DNA of 64,000 nt, from assembly GCF_009914755.1 (NCBI RefSeq), contig NC_060938.1; one strand, 5' to 3'. The stretch's first letter is position 1, and the number at the start of each line of letters is the position of its first letter. The stretch is from the human T2T-CHM13v2.0 reference genome, Homo sapiens. The notes below the pieces were generated by a model. That model ran no database searches, was not told where the DNA came from, and saw only the letters and a program-made list of their open reading frames with translations. Positions 50,507 through 64,000 of this stretch are shown in pieces. The translations under genes and the position numbers were made by a program.

Positions 50507-50512
50507 GACCAG

Positions 50513-50842
50513 TTTTTTGTTTTTTTGTTTTTGTTTTTTGTTTTTGTTTTTTGTTTGTTTTTTGAGAGGTAGTCTTCCTTTGTCACGAGGCTGTAGTGGA
50601 GTGGTGCCGTCTCAGCTCACAGCAACCTCCACCTGCCGGGTTCAAGTGATTCTCCTGCCTCAGCTTCCTGAGTCACTGGGATTACAGGCACGTGCTACCA
50701 CACCCAGCTAATTTTTGTATTTTTAGTAGAGACAGGGTTTCACCATGTTGGTCAGGCTGGACTCGATCTTCTGACCTTGTGATCCTCCCACATTGGCCTC
50801 CCAAAGTGCTGGGATCACAGTCAGGAGCCACTGTGCCTGGCC
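50513..50842 (-). mobile_element. Full-length AluS with T/GT-rich tail
   Basis: TTTTGTTTTT tail 50513-50563, both arms, ends CCACTGTGCCTGGCC. Confidence 0.93.
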
Positions 50843-51169
50843 AATAAGGTGCATTATTAACATCAGTAAAGCTCAGGAACCAGCTTTCACCATATTTTTG
50901 TTTAATTTACAGTTTTTCTCAGAGTCTTTGGAATAGATTCCTCCCTCCATGAGCCAGAGAACTTACAATGTTCACTGCAGTGTTTTTAAATGTAGCAGTA
51001 GCAGCTGTGGGTTGAGAACACAAGTCTTCCACTTTTCCTTTTAGAGCCAGCCATTCATGGTGCTCTGTGTTCTTATTCAGCATTGGGTAGGGGCATCTGG
51101 GTGCTGGGCATAGCACCAGTGCCCCATGGAGGAGGGAGGCAGGAAGCCCCTTTCTTCCTTCTGTAAAAC

Positions 51170-51915
51170 CTTTTTTCTTTATGTAGATCCAAGTTTTTAG
51201 CCTATATCATTTTCTTCTCTCTGGATAACTTCTTTTAACATTTTGACAGATCTACTGACAGCAAATTTGTGTTTCTCTGAGAAAGTCTTTATTTTTCTTC
51301 ACTTTGGAAAGATAATTTTGCAGGATACAGAATTTTAGTTTGGTGGAATTTTCTTGCTTGCTTGCATGGGTTCTGAAGAAAAGTTTGATGCAATTTTTAT
51401 TCTTATTCTAACAGGTGTTAGGCCCTGCTAAAGCCCAAGGTGGTTAGACTCTTGTGAAATGGTTTCCCTGGGTCAGGCTTTTGCTAAGGAGAACGGAACA
51501 CCCAGGGCATATTTCAAAGTAGTTACTTTTCCCCTTCCCTGTGGGAAGCAGGAGGGAATTTTTCTCTGATGTGCATAAGAGCGTCTGGCAGAGCTCTTGG
51601 AGGTTCATGAAAGTGTAGGGCCCCCTAAGACTGGGCTCCCTTAATTCTTAATTCTCAAGTTTATGTGCATGGAGCCTCCAGCGATTTGTTGTTTACATGT
51701 AAGTCTTCCCACCGTGGTTCTGGCTCCAGTGGCCAGCCTCCGATCCTGTTAGGCTGGGACTCACTGCCTCTCCAATTTGGGGGATAACGGTTTTCCCTGT
51801 TAACCTCAAGTCTCTGATGGATCTAAGAAAAGTTGTAATTTTCAGTTTGTTCAAGGTGTTTTTTGTTGTTGTTGTGAGGACAGGAGTGACAGCTTCCAAG
51901 CTGGAAAACAGAAGT
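51170..51915 (-). mobile_element. Ancient L1M fragments (ORF1-region and 5' end)
   Basis: CTCTGAGAAAGTCTTTATTT…AAAGATAATTTTGCAGGATACAGAATT and CTCTGATGGATCTAAGAAAAGTTGTAATTTTCAGTTTGTTCA…CTTCCAAGCT resemble L1MC/MD-type consensus; subfamily not resolvable by eye. Confidence 0.55.
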
Positions 51916-51949
51916 CACATTTGGGTTTTGTTTCAAGATATTTTTCCAA

Positions 51950-52528
51950 TGACAGAGAATGATGCCACACACATTTCCATAGATGTCTTTTGATGCAGAT
52001 GTGCATGCGTTTCTGTTATCCTAAGAGTGAAATACCTGAGTCCTAAATGTGCTCCTTTCTAGAACCTTTATTCAATGCCAAACACAGTATCCCCTCCAGC
52101 AGTGATGAGAGTTCTTGTTGCTCCAGATTCTCTCCAACACTTGGTGTTCTATTTTTTACATTTTAGCCGTTTTGGAGGATATGTTATCCTGTTGTGATGT
52201 TAATTTGCATTTACATGAATACTAAGAAAGCTGAACACATTCAAGTTTTGCTTTTATAAATTACACGTTTAAGTGTTTTACCCATTGTTCTTTCTCTTAG
52301 TGATTTTTAAGAGCTCTTTACATATTGTTGATGTGAGCCCTCTGTCAGTTCTATGTGTTCATAGATCTGTTTCCACTCTGCAACTTGTCTTGTCACTTTC
52401 TTAGTGGTGTCTCTTAATAAACAGAAATTCTTAATTTGAATATAGTCTAATTTATCAACTTATTCCCTTAAAACTATGGCTCATTGTGATCTGTTTAAGA
52501 AATCTGTCCCCATTCATGGTCATAAAAA
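51950..52528 (-). mobile_element. Ancient L1M (L1MD/ME-like) 3' fragment
   Basis: GAGTTCTTGTTGCTCCA…CCAACACTTGG, TTAATTTGCATT, GAGCTCTTTACATATT, AACAGAAATTCTTAATTT…TTTAAGAAATCT motifs. Confidence 0.6.
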
Positions 52529-52530
52529 TC

Positions 52531-52843
<313 letters not shown>

Positions 52844-53502
52844 CTAGGATTTCTAATTTGAAGACAGAAGCAATAAACAAAATGAGAAACCAAAATACAT
52901 TCGTTTTGATTAAAGCCGAGGTCAGCCATAACTCTGAACCTAAAAAGGAGGTCACCTGAAGCAGCTGTGAGTGAGCAGGGTAAGATAGGAAGCAGAGAAC
53001 CGATGCTCATTGCCAGATCTTAGGAAAAAAATAATAAATTAGGATGACATACTTTTGCAAAATTAAAGAAATCCCCTGAGGTGCTAATACAAAATTTCAT
53101 TTGTGATAGGACTAATAAAGAAATTCAGCTAGTAGTGGGATCTGTCGTGGACTGAGTTTGATTCCAAGAACAGAAGAGGCAGGACCAGTGAGAAATAGCA
53201 CAGACATATTTGCAAAAGCAGCCCTCCCACGTTAGGAAGAAGGGATACTTTTGCACAGTGAACAGCACTACAACTGCTCATCTCTTTCATGTACTATCAC
53301 ACATGGAATGACTGAGATACTCCTGTGTTCCACACATAGTCCTCCCTGCCCCTACTGAATAGAGAAACCCAATTTCACCTTAGCTATCTCTAGATCAATT
53401 ATCTGTTAATAGGTCTGCTGTTTTCTTTACCGTTAGTTTCAAGAAGAACTAAATATCCCCAAATGGTATTTCAGCTTCCACTTAATGAAACCTGTCATCT
53501 TA

Positions 53503-54560
<1,058 letters not shown>

Positions 54561-54599
54561 GAAGTTAGTTTCCTCCCTGGGGAATCAATATCTCTAAAT

Positions 54600-55400
54600 G
54601 AGGAGAACACAAAGTTTCACAAAAGGGAAGAAAAAGTCTGCAAGTGCAAATTAGGCATAATAGTGCAGGGAGCCCCCTCCCCTTGACTTTCAGATTCATG
54701 TGTTTTTGTTGTAAGATAAATAACACTACACGGTGGTCACTGACTCTAAGTTTATACCACACACTGTAGGACAACATCCCAACCTCACTATGTGTTGTTT
54801 ACCAGCTGGGAGCATTAACTGAGTTACATGATTCCATTCCATCATGTCAGATTCTTCTAGGTGATGGGGATTATGTTGTAAATCCAATGAATTGCACAAA
54901 CATGAGCCTAATACCATATTTTTTTTTTGCAGTGAAATGAATTCCTTAGTCAAAAACAATGTTGTATGGGATATCATGATGGTGAATAACAAATTATTTA
55001 AGTTCACTCATGGTAGTACCAGCAGAAAAATTGCAAATGTAAAAGGTGAGTTCTTACCCAGAATAAGTGTCTATTTCGGTGAGAACAAAATCCCTGAGGG
55101 ATGGGTTTCAATGTCATCAATCTGCAAGTTGACTGGGTAGCCCCTGAGGGAAGGCTGTCATATTAGCCTTAGTTGTTCTACATTGGTCCAGATACAATTT
55201 GATTATGTAAAGTCGTGAATACCTTCTATCCTTAATATTATGTGCATCTGTCCATGAGCCCATTGAACAAGTATCAGCTGACTAACATCTATTATATAAC
55301 ATGTCATTGTATGCATACGATTACTCCTCTTCAGTGGATTCCCTCTAATAAGAATTTACCTGGGCTACAAGTATTTTCATACTTCGTGTCTATTTTAAGA
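54600..55400 (-). mobile_element. ERVL-type internal (pol/integrase) remnant
   Basis: ORF 54726-55007(-) contains LQHNPHHLEESDMMEWNH, resembling the ERVL integrase YHxPHHPEAAGLIERWNG motif; CATGAGCC…GTGAAATGAATTCCTTAGTCA…ATCATGATGGTGAATAA resembles ERVL-E-int. Boundaries approximate. Confidence 0.55.
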
Positions 55401-55410
55401 AGTCATCTTC

Positions 55411-55711
55411 GGCTGGGCTTGGTGGCTCACACCTGTAATCCCAGCACTTTGGAAGGCCAAGGTGGGCGGATCAGGAGGTCAGGAGATCAAGAACATCGTG
55501 GCTAATACAGTGAAATCCAGTCTTGCCTAAAAATACAAAAAAATTAGCTGGGCCTGGTGGTGGGCACCTGTAGTCCCAGCTACTCAGGAGGCTGAGGCAG
55601 GAGAATGGCGTGAACCCAGAAGGTAGAGCTTGCGAGCTTGCAGTGAGCTGGGATCGCGCCACTGCACTCCAGCCTGGGTGACAGAGTGAGACTCTGTCTT
55701 GAAAAAAAAAA
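55411..55711 (+). mobile_element. AluY with 8-bp internal duplication (GAGCTTGC x2)
   Basis: AluY diagnostics GGAGATCAAGA, GGCTAA, GAATGGCGTGAACCC, GAGCTTGCAG; A tail 55702-55711. Confidence 0.93.
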
Positions 55712-56124
55712 TCCAACTATTCAAAAGTAAAGAAAAAAATATGTCAATCCACCATGTGTCCACTGCACACCATCACAAATTTTAAACCATGCATGAGCTC
55801 ACATTTTGAATAGAAGGATCTTGGGGACAGGGGACACTAAAAGCCCCAAATATGGTCCTGTGTGGCATAATGGTTTTTTGGTAAATGCTACACTGCATAC
55901 AATGGTGGTCGCTTAAGATAACAGAGCTGAAAAATTCTTACCATCTAGTAACACTGTGGCCATGATGACATCATAGCACAACGCATTACTCATGTGTTTG
56001 CAGTGAGGCTGGTATAAGCAAACCCACTACATTTGTCAGTGGCATTAAAGGTTAGCACATCTAATTATGTACCATATGTCATACTTGGTAATGATAATAA
56101 ATGACCATGTGACTAGTTTATGTA

Positions 56125-56537
56125 CAGTTGCTCCTTGAACAGCATGGATTTGAAATGCACAAGTTCACTTATATGCAAATTTCCTTCTGCTTCTCCCACC
56201 CCTGAGACAACAGGATCAACTTATCCTCTTCTCTTCCTCAGGCTGCTCAACATGAATATGCAGACGAAGACCTTTATGATGATCCACTTTCACTTAATGA
56301 ATAGTAAACATATTTTCTCCTCCTTATGATTTTCTTAATAGAATTTTCTTTTCTCTTTCTTTAAGAATACAGTATATAATTAACAAAGTATGCATTAATT
56401 GTTTATTTGATCAGCAAAGCTTGCAGTTAAGAATAGGCTATTAGTAGTTAAGTTTGGGGATAGCCCAGAGTTATATATGGATTTTCAGCTGCAGAGGAGC
56501 TGGTCCCCTAACCCTTGCACTGTTCAAGGATCAACAG
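56125..56537 (+). mobile_element. Tigger2a (MER28), complete, nested in Tigger3b
   Basis: TIRs CAGTTGCTCCTTGAACA / TGTTCAAGGATCAACAG flanked by TA (56123-56124, 56538-56539); internal GAAGACCTTTATGATGATCCACTT. Confidence 0.9.
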
Positions 56538-57192
56538 TATTTACAATACTATACATTTTATTCATATTTTAGAGTGTAGTACTTCTACTCATGAAAAATA
56601 ATTAACTATAAAACAGCGTCGGGAAGGTCTTTCAGGAGTTCTTCCAGAAGAAAGCCTTGTTATCATAGAAGATGACAGCTGCATATATGTTATTGCCCTT
56701 GAAGACCCTGAAGACCTTTCACTGGGACAAGATTTGGAGATGGAAGACAGTGATATTGTTTATCCTGACCCTTACAGGGCTAAGCTAGTGTGTGTGTTTG
56801 TATCTTAGTTTTTAACAAAAAAGTTTAAAACATAAAAAATAAAAATAAATAAAGCTTATCGAATAAGGATATAAAGTATTTCTGTACAGCTGTTCAATGT
56901 GTTTTTGTTTTAAGATGTGTTATTATAAGAATCAAAAAGTTAAAAAAATTAAAAGTTTATAAAGTTATGGTAAGCTAAGATGAACTTGTTAAAGAAAGAA
57001 AAATTTTAAATACATTTAGTGTAGCCTAAGTGTACAGTGCATATAAAGTCTATAGTTATGTACAGTAATATCCTAGGCCTTTGCATTCACTCACCAAGTA
57101 CTCACTGACTCATCAGAGCAACTGCCAGTCCTGCAACCTCTGTTCATGCTAGGTGTCCTATACTGGTGTACCACTCTCTTTAACTTTTGTAA

Positions 57193-57470
<278 letters not shown>

Positions 57471-57536
57471 TGTACTATGTTTTTACTGTATCTTTTCCAT
57501 GTTTAGATATTACTATTGTGATATAACTGCCTACAG

Positions 57537-57661
57537 CAGTGGTCCCCAAAGTTTTGACACCAAGGACTGGTTTTGTGAAAGATAATTTTTCCACGGAGTG
57601 GGGATGGCTTTGGCTGAAACTGTTCCACTTCAGATCATCAGATCATCAGGCATTAGATTCT
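57537..57661. mobile_element. MER1B (hAT-Charlie) partial
   Basis: CAGTGGTCCCCAA…GATAATTTTTCCACGGA…GAAACTGTTCCACTTCAGATCATCAG…GCATTAGATTCT; only one end present. Confidence 0.8.
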
Positions 57662-57662
57662 A

Positions 57663-57736
57663 TTTTTTCTTTTTTTTTTTTTTAGACTGAGTCTCCCACT
57701 GTCGCCAGGCTGGAGTGCAGTGGCACAATCTCAGCA
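57663..57736 (-). mobile_element. Alu 3'-end fragment (tail + ~55 nt)
   Basis: Poly-T then AGACTGAGTCTCCCACTGTCGCCAGGCTGGAGTGCAGTGGCACAATCTCAGC, abruptly ending. Confidence 0.85.
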
Positions 57737-57744
57737 CTTTAATT

Positions 57745-58035
57745 TAAAAAAAATTGAACTCATAGACCTAGAGAGTAGATGGATGGTCATCAGAGGCTAG
57801 GAATGGTAGTAGGGGCTTGGGGGTGGGGAGATGGGGATGGTTAATGGGTACAAAAAAATAGAATGAGTAACGCCTACTATTTGATAGCACAACAGATTGA
57901 CCATAGTCAACAATAACTTGATTGTATATTTTTAAATGACTGAAAGAGTGTAATTGGATTGTTTGTAACATGAATGATAAATGCTTGAGGGGATAGATAC
58001 CCCGTTTTCCACAATGAGGGTGATTATTACGCATT
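57745..58035 (+). mobile_element. L1MA-type 3'UTR fragment
   Basis: ATTGAACTCATAGACCTAGAGAGTAGA…GGATGGTTAATGGGTACAAAAAAATAG…TACTATTTGATAGCACAACAG…GAGTGTAATTGGATTGTTTGTAACA…ATAAATGCTTGAGGGGAT. Confidence 0.85.
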
Positions 58036-58757
58036 TAGTTATATCTCTTATTATGTTTGAATTGCCATTCAACTTATATGTTTTATATGTTTTATATGTT
58101 TTAGTCACATATAAGTGTCAAATGATGAATATAATTTTATTGTTTGAAAACTTCCCATGAATGTTATATTTTTCCCTTAGTCTACTCTAGAAAATACATT
58201 TTAAATAATTCATGATAGTAGAATTCTTAATGGGGATGAGTCAATAGTTTGTGGTCTTTAAATATTCCTATCTCTTCTTGCAGGGGGGAATGAACTTATT
58301 TTTTTTGTTTTATATTACAGGAGACAGCAGTATTTTTCTGACTTATTTAACATTTTAGATACTGCCATTATTGTGATTCTTCTGCTGGTTGATGTCGTTT
58401 ACATTTTTTTTGACATTAAGTTGCTTAGGAATATTCCCAGGTATGAAACATAAGACTTACCTCTCTTAAAGTTTTTCATTAATTTTAGCATTTTCTGTGC
58501 CTTTTATTCTATATAATCTTTTCAACTTCAAATGTTCTCATTCTATACCAAATACATTGCTTTAAAATGAAATGTTTAGGTAAATTCCCACATACTTTGA
58601 AACTAAAAGATTGTGATATTTAGGGACTGGTGAAGAGTATACAGGCTAAGTACCATTAATGGAATAAAGAAGATGCAGTACCCCAAAGAAGGACTTTTAC
58701 TCTTGTACTAACTTTAACTTCTCTACATTTTGAAGTTCTCGTCAAATTCCCATTTGT

Positions 58758-58830
58758 ATCATTTTTTGGCCTTTTGGCTAAGATCAAGTATAATATTCTT
58801 ATCAGTTTAATATCTGCTATATCAAAAAAA
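58758..58830 (+). pseudogene. 3'-truncated U2 snRNA retropseudogene
   Basis: ATCATTTTTTGGCCTTTTGGCTAAGATCAAGTATAATATTCTTATCAGTTTAATATCTGCTATATC matches U2 nt ~1-70, then A7; degenerate TSD AATTCCCATTTGT (58745-58757) / AATTCCCCTCTGT (58845-58857). Confidence 0.9.
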
Positions 58831-59309
58831 TTTATATTGAAAACAATTCCCCTCTGTGCTTCAACTACAAATCCCTTACACATAATGTTCTGTCTGGATT
58901 TTTCCTACAGCCAAGAGGGAATTTATTTGAGCATATGCAAAATTAGAGTGACTTCAATCATGAGTTTCTAAAAAATAGCAAACAGAACAGAAACTAGGAG
59001 ATGACACGTGGCAACACAATAGTAGAGTTTTGCAGTATAGTTGTGGTAGAAACAAAGAAAGCAGGCAAAGTTAGAAGTGGGATTGGGAAACTAAAGAGTA
59101 TATGAAGCCCTGGTGACTCTTTTTTTTACTGTGACAAGGAGGAAAATGAAAGAGCAAATGTATACTGGGATGTAGATGGTGGCTTCCTAAGCTTGTTCAT
59201 GGGTCAAATAGCTGATTTCTTTTTGTACCCTAGCTTCCCTGGACTACAGCTCAGGCCCCAACTAAAAGCATGTTAAGTGATAGGCTTTTGGAGTTATTTG
59301 AAAATAACC

Positions 59310-59500
59310 TCAGCCAATGTGGTCCTCTGACTAGAAACGTCAGCATCACTTGACAGCTTGCTAGAAATATAAGAAGAAAAATACCTTAGGCCCCACCCTG
59401 GACCCACTGAATCAGTATCTCTGGGACCCAGCAATCTGCAGCTTAACAAGCTTTTCCAGGTGGCTCTTATTGATGTGTGCCCAAATCAGAGAAGCACTAG
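59310..59500. mobile_element. MER5A (hAT-Charlie MITE)
   Basis: TCAGCATCACTTG…CTTGCTAGAAAT…GGCCCCACCC…ACTGAATCAG…CCCAGCAATCTG…TTAACAAGC…GAGAAGCACT. Confidence 0.75.
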
Positions 59501-59759
59501 TCCAGACCATCAGTTCTCTGCTTCAGTGGTTCTGATGGTAGGGGAGATTCCAGCTAGCACACTTCGGAAGTATCTCAATCTGTTGCCTCCCTGATGTGTA
59601 GTAGCAGCTGTAGTGAACATCTGTTACTCATGGGAATAACAAAGATGAACAAGAATAATCGATTTGTTTTGATGTGGAAAAAATTGAAAATGCTAGTCTT
59701 AAATCCCAAAATTAAATTTACAGATGCTAAGAGTCTATTGTATCACTATTTCTCTAGAC

Positions 59760-60017
59760 CAGAATTTCTCAGCCTCAGCATTACTGACATTTTGGGCCAG
59801 ATCATTGTCATAAGAGGGTGGTGAGCAGTTATATTAATTGTAGGGTGTTTAGCAAAATTCCTGGCCTCTATTCACTAGATGTAAGTAACACACAGACACA
59901 CACACACATGCACGCACGCCAGTGGTGAAAACCTAAATGCCTCCAGACATTGCCAAATATCCCCCAGGTAGGTAATTGGGGAGAGGAGGGAAAATTGCCT
60001 CTGGTTAACAACTGCTG
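59760..60017. mobile_element. MER20 (hAT-Charlie MITE)
   Basis: TTTCTCAGCCTCAGCATTACTGACATTTTGGGCCAGAT…TGTTTAGCA…CACTAGATG…CTCCAGACATTGCCAAAT. Confidence 0.85.
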
Positions 60018-61339
60018 CTCTAGACATAGTTTATATTGATAAAATTTTGTTTCTGAAGCAAAAATGGATCTTTTAAATTTATTCTTAGATGGACACATTT
60101 ACTTCAACTTCTACGACTTATTATTCTGTTAAGAATTTTTCATCTGTTTCATCAAAAAAGACAACTTGAAAAGCTGATAAGGCGGGTAAGTGGGCAAAAC
60201 ATGCTTATGATTCACAAAAATATTTTGTGTTTTGGGACCCATTGACAAGGGTTGATATCTATACTGTATAATGTTTTTTATTTTTATGTTGATGAGTGTT
60301 TCACAAACTAATGACGATTTTAAACTGTCAGGTTTCAGAAAACAAAAGGTGATACACAAGGGATGGATTTGACCTAGACCTCACTTACGTTACAGGTTTG
60401 TGACACTTAACCGTTGATTTACTTGTATTACTTCACTTTTTCTTGTAATTGTATTTTTTTTTGCCTCATCTAAGACACATTCATTCAAAATATTCTTTAT
60501 TCATAAGGATATATGCTACTGTGATAGTGTGACATATTTGTGGTTTAGCCCTGGCAATGGAAGATCTACATGTCTTCTCAATTCAAGACTACTCAGTTGC
60601 AGCATAGGAACTTGAATGGATTTTCAGCTGACTCCATTTGAGTTTCAATTTATTAACCTCTAGTAGTTATTTATGAGTCCCAGGGATCCCATGGAGACCT
60701 CTTCTTATCCTAGAATCCCAGAGAATGAGGTCAGTGCTTTGTAGATCTCAGGTTTTCTGAGTCAGAGGGCTGCAAAGCACCTTGGGAGTTCCCACCATCA
60801 CTGGTGCCCAGAAATCTTGGATTTTCTCTGGTATTTAAGATAAGAAATAAATTCTAAGAACAGGGGGAACTTCAGACTGAGGCCATCATAAATACATGGC
60901 ATACAGTTAGAACTAGTGGAGACTTAAGAACTCCATGGCAGTTTAATGGTCATTGTGTTGGATAATTTAATATGTTATTTGATTATCCTGAGTATTAGCT
61001 CTTTTCTGTCAACCTCAATCTTAAAAGGTTTTTTTTCTGTGAAAATGGAATCTGATCATGTATAAATTATTTTTTTTGTATGTTGTATGAAATCTATAAT
61101 AATGTTTGTAATAGTGATGATTTTGACTTTTAGAACGTATTATTGCTATGTCATTTCCATCTTCTGGAAGGCAGTCTTTCTATAGAAATCCAATCAAGGT
61201 AAGGGTCTTTATCTGACAAATACTCATTTCTTAGTGAATGTAGACTGTGTAGTCATAAGTTTAATACTGACCCAGATATGGCAGTATTCTTTTAAAAATG
61301 TACTCTTTCAAGGAAAAAAATCATAATGGATTGATACCA

Positions 61340-61560
61340 GTTACAGTTGTGCCAGTGGTTACAAACCAACCCAAAACTTACTGGCTTATAACAGCAACTA
61401 TTTATTTGGCTCATGATACTGTGGTATGTGAATTTGGTATGGGCTTAACTGTCCAATTTAGGTGCTTGCAGAAAGGATTTCCTGTCTCAACTAAGCTCAT
61501 TCATGTATCTGTGGGCAGCTACTGGGTCATCTGAGGACTGGTTTAGTCTAAAATGACTTG
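61340..61560 (-). mobile_element. MLT1-type MaLR LTR fragment
   Basis: ACAAACCAACCCAAAACTTACTGGCTTATAACAGCAACTATTTATT…GCTCATGAT motif typical of MLT1 LTRs. Confidence 0.6.
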
Positions 61561-62374
61561 GCTACCCTCGACTGAAAGAGCCACTGCATGCTAAATGCAC
61601 CCCCCAAGGCCCAAGGCCCATCCCATCTGGCACCCACTGCTGCCAACAGCCCCACCCCCTTCACCAGCAGAGCCACCATTTGCCTCATGCACTTCTAAGG
61701 CACTGAGGACTGGCCTGCCTGGTGCCCGCCCTGCTGTTGGCAATACCCCACAACTAGCAAAGCCACTGCAGCTAGCATGCATATGCCTAAGGCCTGAGAA
61801 CTAATCTGAATGATGGCTCTCACAACAAGAAAAGCCATACCACTGTCTCCACAAACACTCACCATCAGGCCACTGAGGCACTCACAGACACCACTGAATG
61901 CTGATTACAGCCAAAAAAGTCACCTGAAGACTATATTACTGCACCCACCCAGAACCAAAGTCAAAGCACCCTACTCAATGAACACTATAGGAGACAACTA
62001 TTGGAAAAAGTATTTCTCTGTGAAAGCTCCCTAACATTGGAAGAGGCAACTGTTCTCCCAGATGTGCAAAAATCAGTTTAGGGCCATAAGAAACGTGAAA
62101 AGCAAGGAAACATTATACCTCCAAAGAAACACCATAATTCCCCATTAACAGACCCTAAATTTAAAGAGTATATCAAATGGCTAAGAAGGAATTCAAAATA
62201 ATGATCTTAAGGAAACTATGAGATACAGAGAATTCAGATAGACAAATCAATGAAATTAGAAAAACAATTTATGATCTTATGAGAAATTCAACAAGGATAT
62301 ATATATCATTAAAAACCAGACAGAGATTGTGGAGCTGAAGAATTTAAGGAATAAAATAAAAATACAATCAAGAG

Positions 62375-62733
<359 letters not shown>

Positions 62734-62813
62734 TCAAATAGATTCAACCCAAAAAAGGTCTTCTCTGAGGTGCATAGTAGTCAAACTGTCAAAAGTCAAA
62801 AAGAGGGAATATT

Positions 62814-63113
62814 CATCAGGTGCGGTGTCTCACACCTGTAATCCCAGCACTTTGGGAGGCTGAGGCGGGTGGATCACTTGAGGCCAGGAGTTCAAGGCGA
62901 GCATGGCCAACATGAAGAAACCGCATTTCTACTAATAATACAAAAAAATTACCTGGGTGTGGTGGCGTGAACCTGTAGTTCCAGTTACTTGGGAGGCTGA
63001 ATCACGAGAATTGCTTAAACCCAGGAGGTGGAGGTTGCAGTGGGCCAAGATCATACCACTGCACTACTGCCTGGGTGACAGAGCGAGACTGTATCCAAAA
63101 AAAAAAAAAAAAA
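62814..63113 (+). mobile_element. Old AluS (Sz-like)
   Basis: Full dimer, GGATCACTTGAGGCCAGGAGTTC, A tail to 63113. Confidence 0.92.
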
Positions 63114-64000
63114 GGAAAAGTTAAAAACAGCAAGAAAAAAGCATCAAGTCACATATAAGGGAAACTCCATTTGATTAGCAGTAGATTTCCCAGTGGAAAC
63201 TTTACAGGTCAGTAGACAATAAGATGGGATGATATATTCAAAGTACTGAAGGAAAAAAAAAACAACTGTCAACCAAGAATACGATACCTAGTAGAGCTAT
63301 CCCCTAGAAATGAGGGAGAAATAAAGTATTTCCTAGACAAGCACAAACTGAAGGAATTCATTCCCACTAGACTGACCTTACAAGGACTGCTTTAGGTGGT
63401 TCTACATCTGGAAGCAAGAGGATGATTACCATTGTCAAAAAACACAAACGTGTAAAACTCACCTGTAGTGCAGATATACACATGAGAAAGAGAAAGGAAT
63501 CAAACTTTGTCACTACAGAAAGTGACCAAACCACAAAGATTAAAAAAAAAGGTGAAGAAAAGAACAAAGGATATACAAAACAACCAGAAAAAAATGAACA
63601 AAATGACAGGATAAAGCCTCATCTATTAATAGTAACCTTGAATGTAATGTAAACAGATCAAATTCCCAATTAAAAGATATAGAGTTGGCTGCCAAGATTT
63701 AAAAAAAAAAAAAAAAAAAGACCCAACTGTATGCTGCCTACAAGAAACTAACTTCACCTGTAAAGGATCATACAGACTGGAAGTGAAGGGATAGAAGAAA
63801 ATATTCCAGGCAAACAGAAAACAAAAGCGAGCAGAGGTAGCCATACTTATCTAATAAAAACAGACTTTAAGTCAAACTGTATGAAGAGACAAAGAAGGTC
63901 ATTTTATAATAATAAAGAGATCAACTTAGCAATAAGATATAATAATTGTAAATATATATGTACCCTACACTAGAGCACTCAGATAAACAAGGCAAATATT

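Larger units (their letters stand above)
58321..61198 (+). pseudogene. TPTE: Unprocessed partial TPTE (voltage-sensor/PTEN-like phosphatase) copy: exons 58321-58440, 60089-60185, 60332-60395, 61134-61198; probably continues beyond the window
   Basis: Four AG/GT-bounded exons in compatible phases translate to [40 protein letters not shown] / [32 protein letters not shown] / VSENKR*YTRDGFDLDLTYVT / ERIIAMSFPSSGRQSFYRNPIK. Residues ([18 protein letters not shown]) are TPTE- rather than TPTE2-type. In-frame TGA at 60350-60352; no upstream exons in the window. Confidence 0.93.

Noticed and set aside
51250-51270. ACTGACAGCAAA resembling the TPTE 'FTDSK' exon
   Set aside because: Only ~12 nt match inside an L1M fragment, with no continuing frame.
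58321-61198. Functional TPTE or TPTE2 gene
   Set aside because: No upstream exons or promoter before the satellite and an in-frame stop in the third exon.

Overview
Human (hominid) heterochromatin-to-segmental-duplication transition, most consistent with an acrocentric short arm (chr13p/21p-type; chromosome inferred, not provable here). No intact protein-coding gene; almost all supplied ORFs are translations of satellite DNA. Order: HSat3 (GGAAT)n 1-9445; HSat1A 42-bp satellite 9446-38927 with an internal orientation flip at ~20345; five HSat1B/DYZ2-type composite units (AT-rich tract + Alu + 'HSATI' segment) 38928-49245; then TE-rich sequence with an EIF3F processed pseudogene (53503-54560), ERVL remnant, a nested Tigger3b/Tigger2a/Alu/MER1B stack cut off at ~57735, four exons of a 5'-truncated, stop-containing TPTE copy (58321-61198) with an intronic U2 retrocopy, and an old L1 5' region with two Alus. 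I see no new protein-based system. The strongest leads are (i) the HSat1B array edge looks like the progenitor of the repeat unit, with a polar divergence and length gradient, (ii) the TPTE paralog carries R195Q, a one-Arg deletion and R229* together and may explain apparent TPTE 'variants', and (iii) a base-resolvable rearrangement breakpoint at ~57735.
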